Shown here: in pieces, positions 54,290 through 62,626 of the stretch | Position numbering within the stretch: position 1 is the first letter of the stretch | Layout of the letters: every line of letters begins with the position of its first letter | Assembly: GCA_965218795.1 (NCBI GenBank) | Contig: OZ244653.1 | Span: 3,598,234-3,662,233 of the forward strand | Direction of reading: 5' to 3' | From: a bacterium | GTDB lineage: Bacteria; UBA8248; JACPRG01; G963555815 | Length of the DNA: 64,000 nucleotides | The notes under the pieces: generated by a model | What the model saw: only the letters and a program-made list of their open reading frames with translations | Database searches by the model: none | Told to the model about the DNA's origin: nothing | Position numbers and translations under genes: made by a program

Positions 54290-55093
54290 TTGAGACTTTA
54301 CGGCTGGATCGGCCTGGCCATCCTGGTCCTCGCCGAGACTCTTCTGTTCGCCGGAAACCCCGTGGCGGCGGCCAACATGACGCCGGTCGCCTGGACAGGG
54401 TACATCCTGCTGGCGGACGCCGTCGTCTTCCGCCTCGCGGGCCAATCCTGGCTGATGACCCGAAGGCGGGAGTTCTGGCATCTCCTGCCCGTCTCGGTGA
54501 TTTCCTGGCTCATTTACGAGTTCTACAACTACAGGATGCAGGGGTGGCATTACATCGGCCTCCCCGACGATACCTGGGCCAGGGGGTTCGGCTACTTCTG
54601 GGCGTTTGCGACGATCTTTCCGGGATTGTTCGTGACCGCGGATCTGCTGCTGGCTCTCCGGTGGTTCCGAAGGTTCCGGGGGAGGCCGAGACCCTGGTCG
54701 GCCCAAACGCTGCGCGTATTGTTCACCTTGGGCTTCATCTGCCTGGCTGTCCCGCTGCTCTATCCTTCCGGCTATCTCTGGGCGCTCGTGTGGGTCGGGA
54801 CGGTGTTTTTTCTGGGTCCCATCAATTTGATGTACGCGCCGGACAGCCTCTTCCGCGATTTCGCCGAAGGGGATTACGAGCGAATCGCCGCGCTTTTCGC
54901 AGGCGGTATCATCTGCGGTTTTCTATGGGAGCTCTGGAACTTCTGGGCGACCGCCAAGTGGTACTACACCGTGCCCATCCTCTCGGACGTGAAGATCTTT
55001 GAAATGCCCGTCGTCGGTTTTCTGGGCTTCCCCCCCTTCGCCCTGGAGTGCTTCGCCATGTACCAGACGGCCCGCGCGATCCTGAGGTTCTAG
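54290..55093 (+). CDS. Integral membrane protein of unknown function (about 7 TM)
   Basis: 267 aa, strongly hydrophobic, rich in Trp/Tyr/Phe (WELWNFWATAKWYYTVP). I recognised no family. Confidence 0.65.
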   Translation: MRLYGWIGLAILVLAETLLFAGNPVAAANMTPVAWTGYILLADAVVFRLAGQSWLMTRRREFWHLLPVSVISWLIYEFYNYRMQGWHYIGLPDDTWARGFGYFWAFATIFPGLFVTADLLLALRWFRRFRGRPRPWSAQTLRVLFTLGFICLAVPLLYPSGYLWALVWVGTVFFLGPINLMYAPDSLFRDFAEGDYERIAALFAGGIICGFLWELWNFWATAKWYYTVPILSDVKIFEMPVVGFLGFPPFALECFAMYQTARAILRF

Positions 55094-55147
55094 GTGTCCT
55101 CTAAATCTTCTTTCCGTGCGATTTTACATTGCAAGGAGGTCTTTTTT

Positions 55148-55285
55148 ATGGGACGAACGGCAACCGGGGCTGCAAGCGGTGGGAAGCGCGTTGCGGCGAG
55201 CCAGCTTGCCGAGCATCCACTGAGCGTTCTGGAGTTGGTGCACGAACTGAGCAACGTCTCGGAGGCCTGCCCCCGAGTATTGTAG
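55148..55285 (+). pseudogene. 45-codon stub resembling the HTH N-terminus of an IS-type (IS481/IS3-like) transposase
   Basis: A strong AAGGAGG RBS lies 7 nt before the ATG at 55148. It reads MGRTATGAASGGKRVAASQLAEHPLSVLELVHELSNVSEACPRVL*. The pattern ..SVLELV.EL.NVSEAC.. recalls transposase HTH regions. It is truncated just before the REP array. Confidence 0.35.
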
Positions 55286-55294
55286 TCGGGAAAT

Positions 55295-55460
55295 GGATTC
55301 CTGCTACAGCCTGCCAGCTTACCCCCCCCTGAATTCCTGCCTGCGCAGGAATGACAGTCAGGGGCAGGGGGCGTGTCCCCCAGTGTTTTAGTCGAGGCAG
55401 GAATGACAGAGCAGGACCATGCAACCCCCCGTCTTGTCATTCCCGCGCAGGCGGGAATCC
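55295..55460. repeat. REP-like palindromic-unit array (family C), second locus
   Basis: GAATTCCTGC-ctgc-GCAGGAATGACA (55331-55356), GGCAGGAATGACAG (about 55397-55410) and GTCATTCCCGC-gcag-GCGGGAATCC (55436-55460). The units are of the same type as at 33587-33810. Confidence 0.85.
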
Positions 55461-55519
55461 ACACCGAACGACCCCATCCGGCGCATCGCAACAATCAAAT
55501 CATTCGTCAGACAAGAAGG

Positions 55520-56443
55520 TTAAGGGATATCATCATCAAAATCTGGTTCAAAGTCATCTGCTGGGTCCACGGTTTCTTCGATAATATTTTCACCATACTT
55601 TTCGGCAAGAAATCGTTCCCTATATAAGTAGAAAGCAGCATCACAAATCTTGTTGGTGTAATAGGCATTAAAACTGCCCCCCACTACTGCACCTGTCACA
55701 GGAACCACTTGGGCTAATTTAGCTTTAGTAAGACGTATGCCGAGCGAAGAAGCAATTGTTTTAATGATTGTTACAAAAGAATGCTTCTCTAAATCTTGCC
55801 ACGCCTTCTTTTTAGCAACATCTTTCGCAATCCTAACGAGTTGAGCCATTGCGACTTGCTTGGCAGCGTCATTTGGGCTTGATGCTAACCCCAAAATATT
55901 CAGGGCAAACAATCTTTCCTGTTGAGATGAAATATCAAATCCATAATAGGTAGCATATTCTCCAATTGCTCGCTGATTTAGTGTAATAAGAGCTACAATA
56001 TCAGGAGGGATTCCTGGTAAACCAACAGACCCCGCCCCCGCCCCTTCGGCAGTTGCAAGGGTTTTGTATTTTGCTGACAACCAACCACATACCCTGTCGG
56101 CATCTTCTAAATCCAATGTGAATATGTCGCTCGGTGCTTCGATGTGCTCAAAACCGGCTTTTTGATATTGTTTGTATATTGCATCGGGGCGAACTGTCCA
56201 TGCAGCCAAATCATTAAGCAAACCAACCAAGCCACCTATAGCTTTTTCAATTACCCAATTAACACCTGGCGCTTCTGTTATCAGGTCTCCCGCTTTTTTA
56301 AGAGGCCAATTAATAACTTCCATAGTTTTTCCGAACCAGCCAATTTGTGGATTTTTCCACTCATGGATGCTTGAAATTGCTAATCTTTCGTATTCACTTG
56401 GTCCATTTTTTATGAGGTGGCTCCGGTTCTGAGATGGTCCCAC
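55520..56443 (-). CDS. EcsC-family protein (low-GC gene)
   Basis: SEYERLAISSIHEWKNP at the N-terminus, GAGAGSVGLPGIPPDIVALITLNQRAIGEYATYYGFD in the middle and VVPVTGAVVGGSFNAYYTNKICDAAFYLYRERFL at the C-terminus. This follows the EcsC layout as I recall it from B. subtilis EcsC. GTG start. Confidence 0.75.
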   Translation of the reverse strand: MGPSQNRSHLIKNGPSEYERLAISSIHEWKNPQIGWFGKTMEVINWPLKKAGDLITEAPGVNWVIEKAIGGLVGLLNDLAAWTVRPDAIYKQYQKAGFEHIEAPSDIFTLDLEDADRVCGWLSAKYKTLATAEGAGAGSVGLPGIPPDIVALITLNQRAIGEYATYYGFDISSQQERLFALNILGLASSPNDAAKQVAMAQLVRIAKDVAKKKAWQDLEKHSFVTIIKTIASSLGIRLTKAKLAQVVPVTGAVVGGSFNAYYTNKICDAAFYLYRERFLAEKYGENIIEETVDPADDFEPDFDDDIP

Positions 56444-56492
56444 TTTCTTGGACAGTCTGGCGGCTGATGTTAAGGTGTATTTCGATTGTCGA

Positions 56493-56600
56493 TCAAGCCG
56501 CCAGAATCTCTTCGAAATCGATCTCCTGCATTCCAGGCTTGTAACGCGATAGGAATATTCTTTCGATGATTGCGGAATAGGTTCCCTTGCGTTGGTTCAC
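56493..56600 (-). pseudogene. 35-codon ORF stub immediately downstream of the methyltransferase gene (possible remnant of a partner gene)
   Basis: The GTG at 56600 lies 4 nt after the methyltransferase stop. It reads (M)NQRKGTYSAIIERIFLSRYKPGMQEIDFEEILAA*. It is too short to be in the ORF track, and its function cannot be assigned from sequence alone. Confidence 0.3.
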
Positions 56601-56604
56601 AACC

Positions 56605-57957
56605 TTATTCTCCAGGCCAATGGAGGAGAACGACTTCCTCTCGAAGTTCCGACCTCGTTGCCGTTGCCCTTCTGGTTCGGAATAAGTCGATACCTGTCAC
56701 GTCATAACCGAGGGACTCGGCAATGTCCGCCAATAGCCGCCCGGTCCGGATCATGACTCTGAAATACGAGGCTTGATCGCCTGCAACATATGCAAGTTGA
56801 GCGCCGGGACGAAGTATCGAGCGGAGATCCGAAAGGTGCCGCATCATCCCTCCGAAATACAGCCTTGCGACTCTTCCATAAAGCCGTTCAAAGCCGGAGG
56901 TCTTCTTCAGTTCTGTCCGCCGGTCTTCGATGGTCTCCGCAAGCTGCTGTATCTCCTTGTGATCCGCGACGATCAGATCGTCCGTGTCATCTTGATATAC
57001 GTTACGGGTGTTGGACCTGACCAAATGCTGTTTGAGTTCCCGCAACTCTTGCCTGTTTCTGATAAAGCCCAAAAGAACGGATTCGAGGCGAGTCGTCCTG
57101 GTGTAATCCTTCTCGTTCGGATAAGGAGGCGAAGTGATCACTGCATCAACAGAACGTGGAGGGAGGATCTCCCCAAGGGTTCGCGCGTCTCCCTGATGAA
57201 CGGCTGCTTCGGTTCTGTTACGGCAACTCGGTTTTTTCAGGTCTTCCGCCATGCTCTCAACCCCATGCAGCCAGGAGGAGAGTACAGGGGCATCGGTCTT
57301 CGGAGGTCCAACGCCGACTTCCGGCCCGAAACGCAGGTTGCCAATTCCAGAGACGAGCGCCCGCGCCAACGCCAACCGTTCGTGATCATGAAATCGATGG
57401 TCTTTGTTCTCTTCCAAGGTTTCAAGGAGAACCAATGACTTGTGCAGAGGCAAGGGGCTTATGGAATTTTTCAAAAGAAGTTTTGAGGTTTCTTCCGGCA
57501 GGCGTCGAAGGCTGCTCTCTGAAACGGTTTCTTCTCCCCCTGAAAATAAAGGAAGGTCCCCTCCTTCATGGATTCCTGCGTCCTTGAGCTTTTTCGAGGC
57601 GATTCGGGAAACCTTTTTCGCGTGATGGAGCAGGCCGGCAGGGTCAATGTCCCAGTTCACTTTGACCTTGGTGGCGAAACCGGCCATTGGATTCACTTCA
57701 ACCCCGAAGCTCGGGATTCCATGCTTTTTGCACTCTACGAGGGTTGTCCCGGTTCCGCAGAAAGGATCCAGAACGCGCATTTCCCGGTTTACGCCCAATC
57801 GGCTCAGGTATTGCCTGACAAGGTGTGGAGGAAACGCAAGAACGAATCGATACCAATCGTGAGCAGCGCGATCGTCACGCTTGACTTTATTGTCTTCACG
57901 CTTGGCGACGAAAACCTGCTCCTCTGCCGTTCTCACGGTGAAGAAAACCCCATCCAT
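56605..57957 (-). CDS. Site-specific DNA methyltransferase (N6-adenine/N4-cytosine class, SPPY motif)
   Basis: VLDPFCGTGTTLVEC (motif I, FxGxG) at about aa 63-77 and DAVITSPPYPNEKDY (motif IV) at about aa 270-285, with a long variable region between them. Confidence 0.85.
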   Translation of the reverse strand: MDGVFFTVRTAEEQVFVAKREDNKVKRDDRAAHDWYRFVLAFPPHLVRQYLSRLGVNREMRVLDPFCGTGTTLVECKKHGIPSFGVEVNPMAGFATKVKVNWDIDPAGLLHHAKKVSRIASKKLKDAGIHEGGDLPLFSGGEETVSESSLRRLPEETSKLLLKNSISPLPLHKSLVLLETLEENKDHRFHDHERLALARALVSGIGNLRFGPEVGVGPPKTDAPVLSSWLHGVESMAEDLKKPSCRNRTEAAVHQGDARTLGEILPPRSVDAVITSPPYPNEKDYTRTTRLESVLLGFIRNRQELRELKQHLVRSNTRNVYQDDTDDLIVADHKEIQQLAETIEDRRTELKKTSGFERLYGRVARLYFGGMMRHLSDLRSILRPGAQLAYVAGDQASYFRVMIRTGRLLADIAESLGYDVTGIDLFRTRRATATRSELREEVVLLHWPGE

Positions 57958-58006
57958 ACGGGTCGAAGAGGGTTTGTCGAAGCGGAGTCCAATGAAAATG
58001 CGGGAT

Positions 58007-58432
58007 TCAAATCCGTCCCAGCCAGACCCCCAAAAAGAAGACGATCACGAACAGGTGGATGTTGATGATCATCCAGCGCCTGCGGTTTTGCTTCATTGAT
58101 TGAAACGCCTTGCCGGGCAGCGTCAGTGCGATGGCGATGGTGAAGATGACGATGGCCAGGATGATCTTGATCCCCAATATGGAATGGTAGAGGGGGCTCG
58201 GGACAGCGGTCATCACCACGATGATCATCCAGATGCCCGTGATGATGAGAAGGGCGATGGCGATCCAGATCATCCGGCTGAACCGGACCGTGACGCTCTC
58301 CATCAACTTGCCGGACGCCTCTGAGTCGATCCGGCCCGCGGACGGCATCAGCGCCCAGAGCACAAAAGCCACCCCGCCAAAGGCGATGGCTGCCGACATC
58401 ACGTGAAGAAATTTCGCGATCACAAAATCCAC
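58007..58432 (-). CDS. Four-TM membrane protein (CopD-like/DUF-type; function unknown)
   Basis: 141 aa reading MDFVIAKFLHVMSAAIAFGGVAFVLWAL... with four hydrophobic helices. Confidence 0.65.
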   Translation of the reverse strand: MDFVIAKFLHVMSAAIAFGGVAFVLWALMPSAGRIDSEASGKLMESVTVRFSRMIWIAIALLIITGIWMIIVVMTAVPSPLYHSILGIKIILAIVIFTIAIALTLPGKAFQSMKQNRRRWMIINIHLFVIVFFLGVWLGRI

Positions 58433-59061
58433 GGTCGGTCTCCTCGTTTGAAATCATACCCTCCGCGCTCGCACTCCGCAGTTTAGCAGGCATCGCAAAA
58501 AAGGAAAACCAGGGTCCGGGCGTTTTCTATGGTGTTTGCCGAGGGGAGGGTGTATAATTCTTTGACACTGAAGCTTCTGATATGGATCTCTGAACCGATC
58601 CGGATTTCCGGGGTCCAAATCGCGGGAAGTTCTCAAGGAGCCCGCAACCATGACGAAAATTCCTGTCCGAAACGACTCTTTATGGGTGCAAGAGATTGGC
58701 CGGGTCACGCCGCGCAGGCTAATGAAATTCCGGACGCGCGGCAGGCCTTCAGGCCGGCGGACAGGGATTTCGAGCAAGAATCCCGCCTAGGTACAACCCC
58801 AGAGCAGACTCGAATCGAAATCCCTGATTCTTTTGGATTGGGAGGAAGGCCGCCCGTTTTCGGACCGGCATTTTCGTCAATCCTGCAAGGCGCAGGCTTC
58901 TATTGCAGGGATTCAGGATTGAAACCGTGAAAACCATCGAAGAAAAGGCGGATGAGAGGCGCCCCCAGCCGATGCTTCCGGGAGAAGGTTTGAGCATCCC
59001 GGGGAAAGGCGACCCGGGCATGGCCCGGAGGAGCGTCTCTCAGCCGGGATAATGGATCACC

Positions 59062-59430
59062 ATGGCAAAAAGAAAATCAAGGGAAAGGGCGACCGTCAAG
59101 GTCTTCCGATACGATCCCGACGTCAACAAAGAACCCCATTTCGACACCTATGAGGTCCCCTACGACGCTCAAAACAGCGTCCTTCAGGTTTTGACGGACA
59201 TCCGCGAACAGCAGGACCCCACCCTGGCCGTGCGCGAGTCCTGCTGGGTCGGCTGCTGTCTCATCTGTACCTATCGCGTCAACGGGAGATCGGAGGTCAC
59301 CTGCCGGACGCGGATGGAGAAGGAGATGGTCATCGAGCCGCTGAAGAAGGAGCGGGTGGTCCGCGACCTGATTCAGCTCGAACGAATGGACGTGGTTGAC
59401 GGACGCGACGAGGCCGAAGAGGAAGAGTAG
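59062..59430 (+). CDS. SdhB/FrdB-like [2Fe-2S] domain protein lacking the C-terminal 4Fe-4S/3Fe-4S ferredoxin domain
   Basis: VKVFRYDPDVNKEPHFDTYEVPYD...VLQVLTDI...SCWVGCCLICTYRVNGRSEVTC carries the Cx4Cx2Cx11C ligand spacing. It has only 122 aa and an acidic tail, with no further Cys clusters. Confidence 0.75.
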   Translation: MAKRKSRERATVKVFRYDPDVNKEPHFDTYEVPYDAQNSVLQVLTDIREQQDPTLAVRESCWVGCCLICTYRVNGRSEVTCRTRMEKEMVIEPLKKERVVRDLIQLERMDVVDGRDEAEEEE

Positions 59431-59460
59431 CCCCCGGCCCGTGGGAAGGGAGTGATCAAG

Positions 59461-61245
59461 ATGCGAATCAACGGTACGAACGTGAGGGTGGTCGAGACGG
59501 ACCTGCTCATCATCGGAACCGAGGCGACCGGCGGGAAGGCGGCCCTGGAGGCGGCCGAGAAGTTTCCGGAATGCCGAATCACCGTCGTCAATAAGCAGGT
59601 GATCGCGCGGAGCGCGGTCACGATCACCGCCGTGGCCACGTATAACGCTGCGGTGAATCCATACGACGACCCCGACACTCACACAGCGGACACGATCAAC
59701 GGCGGCTCGCACCTGGCGGACCAGACCCTCGCCAAACTGATGTGCGATGTCGGGGTGCAATGCGTGCACGAGCTGGAGGCCTGGGGCTGCCGGTTCGCCC
59801 GGCAGGAGAAGAATCCGGAGTTGTACGACTGCTTCGAGTATCCGGGACATTCGAAGGCCAGAGGCGCTTACACGTTTCCCTACGGCACGACAGGCCGGAA
59901 GATGGTCCAGATCATGAAGCGGCAAATCTTCAAGCAGCCCAACATCACGGTCATGAACGACGTGTACATCTCCGACATGCTCATGGCCGACGGCAAGTGC
60001 GTGGGGGCGGTCGGCGTTTGTCTGGTCGAGACCCGGCCTGTCGTCATTCGGGCCAAGGCGGTCATCATCGGCGCGGGCGGCGGGATGGAGATCTTCAAGA
60101 ACAGCGATGCCGCCCGCGATGCTGTGGGCAACGGTTACGGCTGGGCCTACCGGGCGGGGAGCACCCTGGTCGACATGGAGCTCTGCCAGTTCTTCCCCAC
60201 CAATGTCGTCACGCCGAAGACCATGTACGCCCAACAGCCGGTGGCCGTCATCCGTTACGCCCTCGGGGCGCGTCTTTACAACAGCAAGGGCGAGCGGTTC
60301 ATGCACCGGTATGATCCCGTCCGGGGCGAATACAGCACCCGGGATCTCACCTCGCGCGCCATGTGGATGGAAATTCTGGAAGGGCGGGGCGGGCCCAACG
60401 GCGGCGTCTACCTGTCGGTCGCCCATCTTCCCGACAACCTGATTGACGACTGGGTCGCCAAGAACAATCCCGGGTACAATTTCGGGGGCGTGAAGCTCGA
60501 GGAGGAAGGCGTCGATATCAAGCACGATGCCTTGGAGGTCGCTCCCATGGCGCACTTCTATCTGGGCGGGATCAAGATCAACGGCCGTTGCGAGACCGAC
60601 ATCCCCGGTATGTACGCCGGAGGGGAGGTCGCGGGCAACGTTCACGGGGCCAACCGGCTCGGCGGCAACGCCCTCACCGATTGCCAGGTCTTCGGCAAAA
60701 TCGCCGGGGCGGAGGCGGCCGGGTACGCGTCGAAGGAAGAAGGGTACGGGGCGGTCAATGAAGACCAGGTGAAAGACCTGGTCGAGAAGATCGATGCCCT
60801 GTACGCCCGCGAAAACGGAACCCCGCCTCATGAAACGCGGAACAGAATCCGTGACGCCATGTACGAGGTCAGCCTGGTCAAGCACGGCGACTGGATCGAG
60901 AATGCCATGGGCATTCTGAAGGAAGTGAGAGAGAATGAACTTCCCGCGCCGGTCCTGGTCGGGAAGAGCAAGACCTTCAGCAAGGAGCTCATGCTGGCCC
61001 TGGAGAACGAGGATCTTTTATTGACGGCCGAACTTCACCTCAAGGGGGCCCTGATGCGGGAAGAGACCCGGGGCGCCCAGTGCCGGCTCGATTTTCCGGA
61101 TACCGACAACGAGAACTGGTGCAAGAACATCCACTACCGAAAAGACGGGGACGACGTGGAAATCTGGACCGAAGACGTGGACCTCCACTTCTACAAGCCG
61201 GATTGGTATCTGGAAAAGGAGAAAGAGACCGCCGGCGCAGTGTAA
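59461..61245 (+). CDS. Succinate dehydrogenase/fumarate reductase-type flavoprotein (FAD_binding_2 family)
   Basis: DLLIIGTEATGGKAALEA (dinucleotide fold), the HFYLGGIKING...GMYAGGEVAG...HGANRLGGNAL FAD motifs and EETRGAQCRLDFP. ATG at 59461 with GGGAAGGGAG upstream (the track start at 59452 is a GTG). Confidence 0.85.
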   Translation: MRINGTNVRVVETDLLIIGTEATGGKAALEAAEKFPECRITVVNKQVIARSAVTITAVATYNAAVNPYDDPDTHTADTINGGSHLADQTLAKLMCDVGVQCVHELEAWGCRFARQEKNPELYDCFEYPGHSKARGAYTFPYGTTGRKMVQIMKRQIFKQPNITVMNDVYISDMLMADGKCVGAVGVCLVETRPVVIRAKAVIIGAGGGMEIFKNSDAARDAVGNGYGWAYRAGSTLVDMELCQFFPTNVVTPKTMYAQQPVAVIRYALGARLYNSKGERFMHRYDPVRGEYSTRDLTSRAMWMEILEGRGGPNGGVYLSVAHLPDNLIDDWVAKNNPGYNFGGVKLEEEGVDIKHDALEVAPMAHFYLGGIKINGRCETDIPGMYAGGEVAGNVHGANRLGGNALTDCQVFGKIAGAEAAGYASKEEGYGAVNEDQVKDLVEKIDALYARENGTPPHETRNRIRDAMYEVSLVKHGDWIENAMGILKEVRENELPAPVLVGKSKTFSKELMLALENEDLLLTAELHLKGALMREETRGAQCRLDFPDTDNENWCKNIHYRKDGDDVEIWTEDVDLHFYKPDWYLEKEKETAGAV

Positions 61246-61347
61246 TCCGGGAACGACGGTATCCAGGGAGCGGACGGAGGTCTGCCCCGGAGGCGAATCG
61301 GATCCGGACGAAGCCATTCATGAATTCGGAGACAGAGGAGATAGCCC

Positions 61348-62022
61348 ATGGCGCGCGATATGCTTGAATCCCTGGCCAATAAGATCGACCCGAAGAATGC
61401 CGCTTTGCTGATTGTGGACGTCCAGAATGACTTTGCCGCGGAAGGCGGAATGATGGACCGTGAAGGGAACGACCTGTCGATGTCCCAGGGGATCATCCCC
61501 CGGTTGCAGCAGCTCATCGACGAAGCCCATGAGGCGGACGTTCCCATCATTTTTATCCGCAACGTCTACAACACCGACGCCAACTGGTATCTCTCCGACG
61601 TCTGGCTCGAGCAGGCCAAGCGCGTGCGCCAGGGCAGCTACGTCATCCATTCCGTTTGCGCGCCGGATTCCTGGGCGGGGGATTTCTATGAGATCCGGCC
61701 GACCGAGAAGGACGTCATTGTCACCAAGCACCGGTTCAGCGCCTTCCAGGACACCGACCTCGACCTGATCCTCCGCAGCCGGGGGATCCGCACGCTCATC
61801 ATGACGGGCATCGCCACCAACGTCTGCGTGGAGAGCACGGCCCGGGACGGGTTTTTCCGGGATTATTACATCGTCTTCACCTCGGACTGTACGGCCACCT
61901 ATTCGAAGGAAGACCACGAGGGTACGTTGAACAACATTCGGCGGTTCTTCGGAGAAGTCGTCACGGCGGACGAGGTGGCGGGCGCCTGGAAGGGCGCGGC
62001 GGTCAAGGCGGCGACGTCCTAG
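61348..62022 (+). CDS. Isochorismatase-family cysteine hydrolase
   Basis: The Asp-Lys-Cys triad context is present: LLIVDVQNDF, VIVTKHRFSAF and MTGIATNVCVESTARDG. Confidence 0.9.
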   Translation: MARDMLESLANKIDPKNAALLIVDVQNDFAAEGGMMDREGNDLSMSQGIIPRLQQLIDEAHEADVPIIFIRNVYNTDANWYLSDVWLEQAKRVRQGSYVIHSVCAPDSWAGDFYEIRPTEKDVIVTKHRFSAFQDTDLDLILRSRGIRTLIMTGIATNVCVESTARDGFFRDYYIVFTSDCTATYSKEDHEGTLNNIRRFFGEVVTADEVAGAWKGAAVKAATS

Positions 62023-62088
62023 CCGGTCCGGTTATCCCGAATGGGGGGGAGGGCCGCGATGAAGTCCAGCGGTCCCGACGAGAGCTCC

Positions 62089-62128
62089 GGGGGGACATTT
62101 TGAAAACCGTCCCCCCTCGAAAACTTTC
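62089..62128. repeat. Repeat family A copy 3 (inverted orientation)
   Basis: The reverse complement reads GAAAGTTTTCGAGGGGGGACGGTTTTCAAAATGTCCCCCCGG, with hairpin GGGGGGAC/GTCCCCCC. Confidence 0.85.
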
Positions 62129-62133
62129 GTTTC

Positions 62134-62169
62134 CCAATCGTGGCGGGCATAAAGGCCCGCCACGATTGG
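62134..62169. terminator. Perfect 15-bp stem hairpin downstream of the isochorismatase-family gene
   Basis: CCAATCGTGGCGGGC-ataaag-GCCCGCCACGATTGG. There is no clear U-tract, so terminator function is uncertain. Confidence 0.4.
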
Positions 62170-62626
62170 AATAAGCGCAAAACCCGGGCGGACACTTTTG
62201 ATGATTGCCGCGAAGCGTCCCGAACGGCGTGAGGGAGCTATCAAGCTCGAAACTTTTTGTTTTTGAACGGATTGACAAAAAATTCCCCTATTGGAAGAAG
62301 GTTCTTCGCGCGGCTCGATGACTTCGGGTCGTTGACCCCTCGCTCAGAATGACATGGGGGCTGCATCACGGGCCTCGACATCGTTTTTCCGCAGCCTGTC
62401 ATGCGCTCCTCCCCGATTTCAGCCCTCTTCAATTTTTTTTGAACCCTTTTTGCCGTAATACCCTTCAAACATGCCGCTCCCGTATGGGACAATTGTGCGG
62501 CCGGGTGAATCCATGATCTCCGTGGTTCCGCGCGATTGATTCCGGCATGAGGAGGAATTGCGGGCGGCCTCCTGTTGACGACTTCATCGTTTGAGGCCCC
62601 GGTCTGTGTCTGGGAAGAGATATTCG

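Larger units (their letters stand above)
55148..57957. mobile_element. Degenerate, compositionally mosaic acquired island (transposase-like stub, REP array, low-GC EcsC gene, truncated ORF, DNA methyltransferase)
   Basis: See the component features. Hand counts of three 60-nt lines inside the EcsC gene give 33-47% G+C, against 60% for a line in the neighbouring membrane-protein gene. Confidence 0.4.

Noticed and set aside
58529-58930. A 133-aa + ORF in the 58433-59061 spacer.
   Set aside because: No RBS, no motif and atypical composition. It overlaps a better-supported small ORF in another frame, although that ORF is itself only a weak candidate.
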